Positions 51,690 through 59,849 of a DNA stretch of 64,000 bases are shown here, in pieces. Every line of letters begins with the position of its first letter. Position 1 is the stretch's first letter. The notes below the pieces were generated by a model. The model ran no database searches, was not told the origin of the DNA, and saw only the letters and a list, made by a program, of their open reading frames with translations. Source of the DNA: a virus; IMG/VR virus record IMGVR_UViG_3300037461_000951, positions 1 to 64,000 of that record, one strand, 5' to 3'. A program made the position numbers and the translations under genes.

Positions 51690-52173
51690 TTGGAGATTTT
51701 TGACCATTTTTGAAGAGTTTTTGTGGGTTTCCCAAGTGTTTATTCAAGTCGTAACACTCCCAAGTGTTACGACGACTTGAAGTTTCAAAAAACGAAATTA
51801 TTAAAAATCCATCATCAACAGTCTGTCCATCGGACAGACAGCTAATGAGGAGTCTGAACGAACACAATAACTCCCTTCTTCGAAGGTCGTATTGGTTCGT
51901 CCCGACCTCTGATTCTCATTAGCTGGCTACACTCTTTTGGTTGGACTTCGATATGGAAACTGATACTGCATACTGTGAAAAACATCTTATAAAAATCCCA
52001 TGTTTCGCATTTTTTAATATTGCGCCGCAACCCACTCATGTAATCCGTCTCACAACCCACCAAATAGTCGATTGTAGCCATTTAAATGTTTCGGGAATGA
52101 CAACGTAGCGGGTCGTTATCAAAGTGGCTAAAATTGCCATTTTGGTGGCTTCCCTTCGATGTCGAAGTTTCGG

Positions 52174-52202
52174 TTGACAACGGGAGTGGTGGCGAGTATA
52201 GT
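52174..52202 (+). promoter_or_regulatory. sigma70-type promoter
   Basis: TTGACA-17 nt-TATAGT. Confidence 0.75.
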
Positions 52203-52206
52203 GAGG

Positions 52207-52280
52207 ATGCTGTGGGGTAGTATTGCTTCACATCATGCTTAATTCTCCGTAAAGCCCGAATTGCAAGATTCGGGTTTTTT
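52207..52280 (+). ncRNA. putative ~70-nt small RNA
   Basis: Lies between the consensus promoter and terminator GCCCGAAT-TGCAAG-ATTCGGGT-TTTTT; internal hairpin TGTGGGGTA/TGCTTCACA; no ORF. Confidence 0.55.
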
Positions 52281-52421
52281 AATCTTGTTTAAAATGTTTC
52301 CATACATTTTTCCAAAAAAGATCTAAAGAGTTACAATGCGTCCAATAATCATCTTCGTAGCTCACATTCCAAAAAACCCAAAGCCAGTGAATGTAAAATT
52401 TCATAGTAAACTCTCCAACGG

Positions 52422-52459
52422 TTACTGGATAGTATAAATATATTTATACTATCCAGTAA
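52422..52459. repeat. perfect 38-bp palindrome
   Basis: TTACTGGATAGTATAAATA|TATTTATACTATCCAGTAA with no spacer. Confidence 0.9.
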
Positions 52460-52463
52460 AATT

Positions 52464-53045
52464 TTAAAATCTGGTTGTTAAAATATCTATCAACCAGTAT
52501 TTATCGATCTTACTGAGATCGATATAATGTATGGACTCTTTTAAAAAATCTTGTATGTTTTTGGGTTGAATACGGTAATATGCAACACGTGTTTCATCAT
52601 TACCCCCTTCTTTGGCAGCTTTTAAGAACTTTAAACGAATCCAGCGTTGAACAGTTCGGGGGTCTACATTTAAGATGTGTGCTAATCCCTCTGCGGTATA
52701 GCCCACAATCGTTTCATCGCGTTCCACTTTCATTCGCCAACCATCTCGAAAACGGAACCCATCAACGGCATCGGGTGTTCGACGGTATCCAGCTCTACGA
52801 AGAGCACGGCTGGCTTCTTCATGCGTTAGGTGGGGCATTTTACGTAGTAAAATAATTTCTGGTGCCGTCCATCGACGGACGGGGTTTTTATTGGAGATGG
52901 GTTTTAGACCCAGTTGTCTAGCTCTTTTTGTTAGTTTATCAGTTCTGCATTGCCAAATTTGGGCTTGTGTCGAGATGGCACCCAAGATATAAGGTGGGGT
53001 ATACAATTCCACAATGCGGGCATCCATCTCGGGAGTAAAATTCAT
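52464..53045 (-). CDS. HTH DNA-binding protein (excisionase/MerR-like C-terminal HTH)
   Basis: YT...LA..L.V..RTV.RWI....LKA; RWT..E Myb-like segment. Confidence 0.7.
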   Translation of the reverse strand: MNFTPEMDARIVELYTPPYILGAISTQAQIWQCRTDKLTKRARQLGLKPISNKNPVRRWTAPEIILLRKMPHLTHEEASRALRRAGYRRTPDAVDGFRFRDGWRMKVERDETIVGYTAEGLAHILNVDPRTVQRWIRLKFLKAAKEGGNDETRVAYYRIQPKNIQDFLKESIHYIDLSKIDKYWLIDILTTRF

Positions 53046-53061
53046 GGCGTGTTTCCAAGTT

Positions 53062-53077
53062 TGTTTGACATGAAACA
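53062..53077. promoter_or_regulatory. parS-like site
   Basis: TGTTTGACATGAAACA, 14/16 to TGTTTCACGTGAAACA; intergenic. Confidence 0.55.
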
Positions 53078-54868
53078 TCATTCGTGTTCCGTTAAATGGA
53101 CTCTTATTAAATTTCTGGCACTAGCGATAATCTTTTTAACGTTTTTCTCACCGATTACTCGTTGAATTTTATCGGGATTACGAATAACATCTTGCCATGT
53201 GGTGATTCCCATGGCGGCTAGTTTTTTAGCTCTGACACCACCAATGCCCGGAAGTTGGACTAAAGCACACAATTCGGCACTCACTCCATATCTTAAACGA
53301 ATGGGAAGTATTTTGAGCATGTCGGGAATGCCCATCTTTGCAATGCCCATAATCCATGAGATCGCACCGACAATTCTTTCAGCGTCACTTTGTAAAGGTC
53401 GGGATTGCGGAGTTGCTTTATCTCCGCATAATAAATCATGAACATCTCGACTGAGCGTGGATTGTTTTAAATACGGTCCATTTCTCCACACTTGACGAAG
53501 CGCATTGAAATATGTTTGGACGGTCGCTTCTTCACTGCGGGGAATATACGGGAGTTGCATGGAAGGTGCTGATAATCCATACGCGATGCAAAGATCGTTC
53601 TTCCATAAATTTTGGCGTTCAATATGCGAGAAACATTGCCACCAGTGGTGGACATCTTCGGGATGAAAATATAAAGTGGCGGCAACGGTTCCCAAAGCGG
53701 TAATGCTAAAGGTATTGTCGGGATTGATGACAATGGCTTTCCAGTTTTGGAGTGCGTTTAACACCTCATCAATGTGTTGCTTTTCCAGTGGACTTTGGAT
53801 ACTGGCTAAGGTACGGTGATACCATGTGTACATCGTATCATAATCTTTGATGACTTTATTTTTGATCTCCGCACACAAATGAAAAGCCAGTGCATACGTA
53901 TCCAATAAGGTGGAGGTGACATTGCGGGGATGGGCAACTTTTTCCTTCCATTCGGGAATATTGTCGCAAATTAAGAACACATTGCCATAAGGTGCTTTTC
54001 CAAATCTTCCAGCACGACCGGCTTCTTGAACAATGTCTAGTTCATCCACGGGTTGAATACCTCGTGCAACGCCTACTATAATTGCGTTCTGCGCAGAAGT
54101 GTTACATCCCCATGCGAGGGCTGAGGTGCTAATTAATGCGGCGATGCGATCATTATTTTCTGATTCAAATCTTTTTAATAAGTCATGACGAGTTTCAGTA
54201 TCTAAATCGGCATTATAAAATTCACAAGCAATACCTAAATCTTTTAAAATAGCATCAATTCTTCGTCCCGTGTTTTTATCGTGAACAAATACGAGTGTAG
54301 ATTCATTTTGATGCTCTTGCACAATTTCGATGGCTTTACGAATTTTATCATCTTGATTTTCCCAATATGAACCGAAGGCGTTATGGGGAATAAAATTCCA
54401 GCGAAGTTCAGTAGGTCGCCATGTGGAGTTAATAATTTCCGAAGGTTTTTTATTGAGGGTGGTGAGCCATTGTGCAAATTCTTCACAATTGGGCATGGTG
54501 GCGGACATGAACCACACTTTAGCTTGTGGTGCTATCTCACAAAAACGCATGATGGATGCTTCAATGACATGTCCTCGACCTTCCATGGTCACTCCGTGTG
54601 CTTCATCTACCACGAGTAATTGAACATGTTTGACCCATTGATAGTGTTCACTGTAATGATTACGAGTCACACTATCTAATAATTCCGCAGTCATGATGAG
54701 GATATCAGCCGTTTCCGCTTCCTTCATCATTTCCAAACGGATTTTTTGACTGGTCAGTGTATCTCCAGTCAGTTGTAAAATCTTTTTATCTGGAAAAAGC
54801 TTACTCCAATCTTCGTATTTTTCATTGGAGAGTGCTTTAAGCGGGGCTGAGAAAATAACCTTTGCCAT
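53078..54868 (-). CDS. Ski2/Hel308-like SF2 helicase, C-terminal fragment (motif Ia onward)
   Basis: APLKAL..EK, TGD, VDEAH, MSAT, RP..L, TS.LAWG.N, Q.AGRAGR, HhH LPGIG..RA; no Walker A. Confidence 0.9.
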   Translation of the reverse strand: MAKVIFSAPLKALSNEKYEDWSKLFPDKKILQLTGDTLTSQKIRLEMMKEAETADILIMTAELLDSVTRNHYSEHYQWVKHVQLLVVDEAHGVTMEGRGHVIEASIMRFCEIAPQAKVWFMSATMPNCEEFAQWLTTLNKKPSEIINSTWRPTELRWNFIPHNAFGSYWENQDDKIRKAIEIVQEHQNESTLVFVHDKNTGRRIDAILKDLGIACEFYNADLDTETRHDLLKRFESENNDRIAALISTSALAWGCNTSAQNAIIVGVARGIQPVDELDIVQEAGRAGRFGKAPYGNVFLICDNIPEWKEKVAHPRNVTSTLLDTYALAFHLCAEIKNKVIKDYDTMYTWYHRTLASIQSPLEKQHIDEVLNALQNWKAIVINPDNTFSITALGTVAATLYFHPEDVHHWWQCFSHIERQNLWKNDLCIAYGLSAPSMQLPYIPRSEEATVQTYFNALRQVWRNGPYLKQSTLSRDVHDLLCGDKATPQSRPLQSDAERIVGAISWIMGIAKMGIPDMLKILPIRLRYGVSAELCALVQLPGIGGVRAKKLAAMGITTWQDVIRNPDKIQRVIGEKNVKKIIASARNLIRVHLTEHE

Positions 54869-54870
54869 AA

Positions 54871-55785
54871 TCATTCACCTTTTTTGTCGATGTAGTACAT
54901 ATTGTTGATGATTTCTTTCAGCTCAAGATTTAAATCTTTTTTCCATTCTATTTGCATGTGACAACTTATGCAAAGAGTTACTAAGTTTTGTGGTTGATTT
55001 AAAACGTTTAAATCTTCACCACTTCGTATTGGAATTAAGTGGTGAACGTGTAAAATTTTTTCTGATTCTTGACACAGTAAACACTGATTGTTATCTCTTT
55101 CTTTTATTTCTTTACTTAATTCAGTCCAAAAAATACCTCTACTTCTTTTTATACTGTCATTCCATCGATAGTGTTCTTCTTTATGTTTTATCCAAGGTAA
55201 TTTTGTAAGATCGTTTCCGTAATTATTTTTGAGCGTTTGTAACGCTTTTTCAGATCTATTTTTTATAAAGATAGGATCTGCATATTTTGCAGACATTATT
55301 GCTGTGTATTTCTCTTTTACTTTTTGATCATGCATTGGATTATTTTCTCCAGTGCGACGTTCATAGTTACCACCAGGTAATCGTTGTGCTTCGTGTCCTT
55401 TTTCAAGGAATTCTTTAAAAAGTTCTGGATTTTTTTCCCACCGTTTTTTAGTTTGTAAGCCACCTAATCTACCGCAAGCAGCCATTTTAGCACGATGCTC
55501 GTCAGTATCTGGCCCCCAAGTAGGTCTGTTTTCTCTACGAGTTTGTACTGCTTTAGCTTTTAATTCTGGTACTTGACTAGCATTGGTAATATTCTCACCA
55601 TATTTACGTTGGAAAGTTAATTTACTCTTTTCAGTAGCTTGAGATCTATCTCGATTTCTTTGAAATTGTTTTAATTTCTCAGTACGCATGTGGTGTCCTC
55701 TTGCGTAAAGAGCATTTGGTTTTTTCACCAGTTGTAAACAACCACAGTGACAAAACGGAATCGATTTTCGAATGACCTTTGCCAT
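54871..55785 (-). CDS. HNH homing endonuclease
   Basis: C-terminal RD...C..C...LHVHH...N...NL.TLC.SCH; N-terminal C.CGC and basic repeats. Confidence 0.85.
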   Translation of the reverse strand: MAKVIRKSIPFCHCGCLQLVKKPNALYARGHHMRTEKLKQFQRNRDRSQATEKSKLTFQRKYGENITNASQVPELKAKAVQTRRENRPTWGPDTDEHRAKMAACGRLGGLQTKKRWEKNPELFKEFLEKGHEAQRLPGGNYERRTGENNPMHDQKVKEKYTAIMSAKYADPIFIKNRSEKALQTLKNNYGNDLTKLPWIKHKEEHYRWNDSIKRSRGIFWTELSKEIKERDNNQCLLCQESEKILHVHHLIPIRSGEDLNVLNQPQNLVTLCISCHMQIEWKKDLNLELKEIINNMYYIDKKGE

Positions 55786-55812
55786 GTTACGTTTCCATGT
55801 GGGTTTTCCAGT

Positions 55813-56139
55813 TTAACCACCAGGATATGGTGTGTGGTGATTAGTAAAATCTAAATATTGGTAGATATTTAACCATATTTTTTGAATATTTGTTGAACCG
55901 TCATATTGGTATGGAAAATAGATTGCTTGATCATCTTTTGCAATGAATCGGGGACACGAAGGACTACCAAAACCATCGTCAAATTCTTGATGAAGAATTG
56001 GATGGTTGTTGTTAATGATTTCCGCGTTTATTGGATCATACCATCCGGGCGCTTCATTCTTTTCAACAGCTTGAAAAATTATTACACCTGATGAAAAATC
56101 AAAGTCTAGTTCAGTAAGCCAGTCATAAATAGTAGCCAT
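55813..56139 (-). CDS. hypothetical protein
   Basis: FD.GFG...P.F.A....IYFP.QYDG pattern seen in small phage proteins. Confidence 0.55.
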   Translation of the reverse strand: MATIYDWLTELDFDFSSGVIIFQAVEKNEAPGWYDPINAEIINNNHPILHQEFDDGFGSPSCPRFIAKDDQAIYFPYQYDGSTNIQKIWLNIYQYLDFTNHHTPYPGG

Positions 56140-56142
56140 GTA

Positions 56143-56373
56143 TTAATCCTCATCATCTTCTTCAAATTGATCTTCTTCAAATTGATCTGCTGCCCAAATA
56201 TCTAACACTTCGTTGTTAAAAAATTCAGACATACATTCATATACTCCTGGGATGCTCATAAAACTGTAGTGATCATCTGTTAGATATTTATATACAAGAT
56301 CAGTTAAAATTTCATCAAACTCTTCATTTGTCATTTCACTGTAGTCTACACTATCAGTATCAATGGGTAACAT
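56143..56373 (-). CDS. small acidic protein
   Basis: Very D/E-rich 76 aa. Confidence 0.45.
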   Translation of the reverse strand: MLPIDTDSVDYSEMTNEEFDEILTDLVYKYLTDDHYSFMSIPGVYECMSEFFNNEVLDIWAADQFEEDQFEEDDED

Positions 56374-56656
56374 CTGTATGTATTCCAGTGGTTGTGGGTT
56401 GCTAAAGCATGGTCAGTTTAACATATATCAAAGTTATGGTCAAATCGTTTTATTCAGGTATGTGAATATAATAGCGATGACATATTATAGGTTCTGTAAT
56501 GAAAAAGTTTATGTTGATTTTGTTATATATCATGATTGTTTGTGTTCTTATATATGGGGCATATTGGTTGAATAAGAATGGATCTTATTTTTTATGGTAT
56601 GAGGATATGGTAAAAGACACCATTCGTGGAATGGTAAAAGCAGAGGCATTGAAAAA

Positions 56657-56685
56657 TTGATATGTGTTTTATTCAGGTATATCAT
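56657..56685 (+). promoter_or_regulatory. sigma70-type promoter
   Basis: TTGATA-17 nt-TATCAT upstream of the 56714 gene. Confidence 0.55.
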
Positions 56686-56713
56686 AGCTCAATCCATCGT
56701 TGGAGTTATCGTG

Positions 56714-57484
56714 ATGAAGATACTACATGAGTTGTTAGCGACTGAAAAGAACTTCACTTCGCAAGTGAACAAGTTGCAGTTGGAGACTTTGCAAAAGTTT
56801 GATAAAGATCATTATTTTAAGGGCTATATCAAAACTTTAAAAATGCTTAAAGATGCTCCGAATAACGAAGAATTGGAGCTTGCGGGGAGTGAAAAGAAAG
56901 AATTAGTAACGACGGTTAAGCAGACGTTAGAATATTTGCTGACGTTCTGGATCAATGCTGAAGATTTGCAAGCTACGAAGAATGTGACGAATCAACGAGC
57001 CGTGGCAAATGTGGAGATCAATGGAAAGACTTTGTTGACAAATCTTCCCGTGGATGAGTTGATGGGTTTGGAATCACGGTTGTTAGATTTGCGGAAAGTT
57101 TTTGAAAAAATGCCAACTTTAGATGCGTCAAAGACCTGGATTCCGTCCTCGGTCAGTGATGGGGCTTGGGAGGCGGCAACAGTCGATGTCACAGTTAAAA
57201 CTGAAAAGGTTTTGACTCCAGTAGTGTTGTATGAAGCCACCAAGGAACACCCGGCGCAGGTGAAAGAAGTTTCTAAAGATGAAGTGGTGGGAACGTTTAC
57301 CACGAAACATTTTTCAGGCGCTTCAACCTCGTTGCAAAAAGCGCAGTGTTTAGAGCGTTTGGACGTGTTGTTGGTGGAAATTAAAAGAGCTAGAATGCGG
57401 GCGAATACGGTAGCGATTCAATCCGTTTCTGTGGGTCAGTCGATTGTGGATTTTATTACGTCCGGCACGATAGCTCAGGTATAA
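56714..57484 (+). CDS. conserved uncharacterised helical protein adjacent to structured RNA
   Basis: GGAG RBS; motifs ATK..TNQ.A.A.V, P...L..LE..L, PTLD, EAT.EHPAQV, FSGA, AR.RAN of a family I recall from bacteria and phages (not verified). Confidence 0.85.
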   Translation: MKILHELLATEKNFTSQVNKLQLETLQKFDKDHYFKGYIKTLKMLKDAPNNEELELAGSEKKELVTTVKQTLEYLLTFWINAEDLQATKNVTNQRAVANVEINGKTLLTNLPVDELMGLESRLLDLRKVFEKMPTLDASKTWIPSSVSDGAWEAATVDVTVKTEKVLTPVVLYEATKEHPAQVKEVSKDEVVGTFTTKHFSGASTSLQKAQCLERLDVLLVEIKRARMRANTVAIQSVSVGQSIVDFITSGTIAQV

Positions 57485-57489
57485 TTTGA

Positions 57490-57699
57490 ATGTAGTGCAG
57501 TGTTATCGTTGTAGTGAGTGTTGAGCATCCACCACGGTATGGGTGGCGAAGGCTACATACTTGAAAGTTCGAATCTTTCCTCGCTCACTGAATGTTTGAA
57601 GCTTTCGAATATTCAGTGAGCGAGTGCCGGAATTGGTAGACGGGTGGAAACCGTGTTACGGAATGGATGTGTGTTGGTGGTTATCGTGTTTCACTACAT
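57490..57699 (+). ncRNA. permuted type II tRNA-like domain (Leu/Ser-like)
   Basis: Variable arm; T arm GAAAG-UUCGAAU-CUUUC; ~21-bp looped acceptor; D arm CCGGAAUUGGUAGACGG; outer stem GUAGUGA/UCACUAC. Confidence 0.75.
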
Positions 57700-57713
57700 G
57701 CGTTGTTTTAAAG

Positions 57714-57879
57714 ATGTATGAAAGAATCTTGGGTTATTGACTGTGAAAGAGTTGGTTCGACTCCAACACTCCTCGCCCAATGATACTGGGAGTTGAGTAT
57801 CATTCGGGAGGAGTGCGTATGCTGGTTGAGTACATCACAAATGTCGATATTGAAATAACAGCAAGTGAATTTCATGCAT
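57714..57879 (+). ncRNA. permuted type I tRNA-like domain
   Basis: T arm GUUGG-UUCGACU-CCAAC; acceptor ACUCCUC/GAGGAGU with extension; D-like GUAU..GG..GUAC; UGUGA/UCACA; outer AUGUAUGAAA/UUUCAUGCAU. Confidence 0.75.
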
Positions 57880-57901
57880 GTGACCAATAAGATCACAATG
57901 G

Positions 57902-57940
57902 GCCGTCAATATTTGGCTATAATGTTGACGGCTTTCTTCT
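57902..57940 (+). terminator. intrinsic terminator
   Basis: GCCGTCAATATT...AATGTTGACGGC followed by TTTCTTCT. Confidence 0.75.
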
Positions 57941-58005
57941 ATTGACAGTTGATCCTGTATGCGCTATGTTATTCATAAATGTCATACACACTTGAAGATT
58001 AAATC

Positions 58006-58212
58006 ATGACGAAAGATGAGTGGATTGCCAGGCGTCAAGAAAACTCTGAATTTACCTGGGATGAAATTTTAGCATCGGGTTATGATGCCATGCCTTGTTC
58101 TTGTCAATTGAAAGGTTGTTTAGGTTGGAAGTTGCTCAAAGTGCAAAATTCTTTTATTCCAGTCAAGAAAAAAGTGAGTTTGGTCAGTCAAACTCCACCA
58201 GAGGCGGCTTAG
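58006..58212 (+). CDS. small Cys-containing protein
   Basis: Downstream of TTGACA-17-TATGTT (57942); C.C....C.GW motif. Confidence 0.55.
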   Translation: MTKDEWIARRQENSEFTWDEILASGYDAMPCSCQLKGCLGWKLLKVQNSFIPVKKKVSLVSQTPPEAA

Positions 58213-58222
58213 GAGATTTTCA

Positions 58223-58501
58223 ATGTTGGTCAGATGTAAAAAATGTGGATGGATACACATGGGGTTATCGATAGGATCAGCCGAAGAATGCATTCGTGAA
58301 TTTAATTCGATGTACGTGCAATTGACCAATGAGCAGCAAGCGGATTATTATAATTCTAATCCTGCACGATTAAAAGATTATCAACACTGTCATCGGTGTA
58401 ATGAAAATTACAAACAGATGGAAGTGATTGCTTTTAATGATGTAAGAGCTGGTAAAATTAGTGGACGAACTTTGCAATCGGTGTTATTACCTAATGAGTG
58501 A
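58223..58501 (+). CDS. zinc-ribbon protein
   Basis: CKKCGWIH...HCHRC; GGAG RBS. Confidence 0.6.
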   Translation: MLVRCKKCGWIHMGLSIGSAEECIREFNSMYVQLTNEQQADYYNSNPARLKDYQHCHRCNENYKQMEVIAFNDVRAGKISGRTLQSVLLPNE

Positions 58502-58700
58502 CTTAGTTTTGATGCAGTGCATAGAGTGTGGTTGGTTGCATGAAGCGATTTACCCATCATTGGATTTTAAGGATGAGCATAAATATTTACACTGCCATAA
58601 TTGTTATGGGGATTATTTAAATTTTGAACCCGTAAAAGATTTAAGTTTAGTCAATTTGAAGCGGTATAAAGCGGGTGTTAAGATTTTGGTAGATTATTAG
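58494..58700 (+). CDS. zinc-ribbon protein, paralog of the previous gene
   Basis: CIECGWLH...HCHNC. Confidence 0.6.
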   Translation: MSDLVLMQCIECGWLHEAIYPSLDFKDEHKYLHCHNCYGDYLNFEPVKDLSLVNLKRYKAGVKILVDY

Positions 58701-58718
58701 CTGTTGGTATGGTAGAGT

Positions 58719-58745
58719 AAAAACCCGGATTAAACCGGGTTTTTT
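58719..58745. terminator. bidirectional terminator
   Basis: AAAAACCCGG-ATTAAA-CCGGGTTTTTT between convergent genes. Confidence 0.8.
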
Positions 58746-58747
58746 AA

Positions 58748-59500
58748 TTATGTATGTTTTTCTTCTTTTGTCATTAAAAAGATAGCTTTTGGATCGGAGT
58801 ATTTTTCTTTTAATTTTAGATTTTTTTCAGGTGAGAGTGTTTTTGTATCAAAGTAAATTTTCTTATCAAGATCAAAGCATTCATTATATATGAAATGGTC
58901 TATCCAATTATTGTAGTCTGTTTCAGAGAAAATGTTAACGTTGATCCGTTTATCGTAACCTACACTGGGAGGTTGGTATATAATGCTTTTTGTTTTAGGT
59001 TTAACGTGATTTCTAGCAAAATATAAATTATTAATTCTTCTACTTAAACTGGATAGAATACCTCCACTTTTAACGAGTTTTTTGTCTAGCATTATTTTTG
59101 TTATTAATGTATAAAAATCAATGATTTCACCGTTATCAATTTTTGTAGTGAGTGTTTTTAATCTTTCAACAATAGAAAAATAAGGTTCTTGATATTTTTC
59201 AAGATCTGTTTTGGGTGGTACTATGGGTTGTTGTGGATCTTCTTTTTTAATGGGAGGTGTGATGGCATGTGTTTCGTTTTTTAATTCTGTGTTGTTAAGG
59301 ATTCTGGTTTTTAGGGGTGTTCTAAATGGAATTCCAGTAGCTTTGAGAGCTTGTTCAAATTGCTCTTGAACATTATTTCGTAATTGAATTTTGTGGGTAT
59401 TCCAGTACACTGTATCGTTGATTGCTACAAATTTTAGATATTGTAAGTAATGAACGACGTGGTCTAATTTGAAATAAAAATCTTCGTTAAAGTCTTGCAT
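58748..59500 (-). CDS. hypothetical protein
   Basis: 250 aa, AGGTG RBS. Confidence 0.55.
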   Translation of the reverse strand: MQDFNEDFYFKLDHVVHYLQYLKFVAINDTVYWNTHKIQLRNNVQEQFEQALKATGIPFRTPLKTRILNNTELKNETHAITPPIKKEDPQQPIVPPKTDLEKYQEPYFSIVERLKTLTTKIDNGEIIDFYTLITKIMLDKKLVKSGGILSSLSRRINNLYFARNHVKPKTKSIIYQPPSVGYDKRINVNIFSETDYNNWIDHFIYNECFDLDKKIYFDTKTLSPEKNLKLKEKYSDPKAIFLMTKEEKHT

Positions 59501-59516
59501 GTGTCACCTTAATTTA

Positions 59517-59849
59517 TTACAGTTGTTTTAAAATGTAAGAGAGTGCTTCAAACTCTGGGTTAAAGAGTTTGGTGGGAATCACTGCACTGCTGATGAGTAC
59601 AAAAATGATAATGCCAATGATAAGAGTAATACATCCAATTCTTTTCATTTCTGCATCTGTATTTGCTAGTTCTTTATTTTTGGTATGAGGAATTAACTTG
59701 ATAGCGATTAAGATAAAAATAAAGTCAAGAATTAAAATAGTAATTCCTTCAATATAAGCTTGTTTGATAAGAGCAGCCCATAAATATTCTGTAGTGACAT
59801 TGAGTTTTTGGGCTAGTGCTTGTAGCAATTCTAAAGTTTTGTCATTCAT
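59517..59849 (-). CDS. membrane protein
   Basis: Two hydrophobic segments; LA.KL.VT.EYLW..L..QA N-terminus. Confidence 0.6.
   Translation of the reverse strand: MNDKTLELLQALAQKLNVTTEYLWAALIKQAYIEGITILILDFIFILIAIKLIPHTKNKELANTDAEMKRIGCITLIIGIIIFVLISSAVIPTKLFNPEFEALSYILKQL

Noticed and set aside
51595-51867. 90-aa ORF across the iterons
   Set aside because: The repeated YSPDW peptide is just the translated iteron
57490-57879. Ordinary tRNA genes, or ORF 57708-57896
   Set aside because: The T arm precedes the D arm, there is no anticodon loop or CCA, and the ORF is an antisense shadow of the RNA
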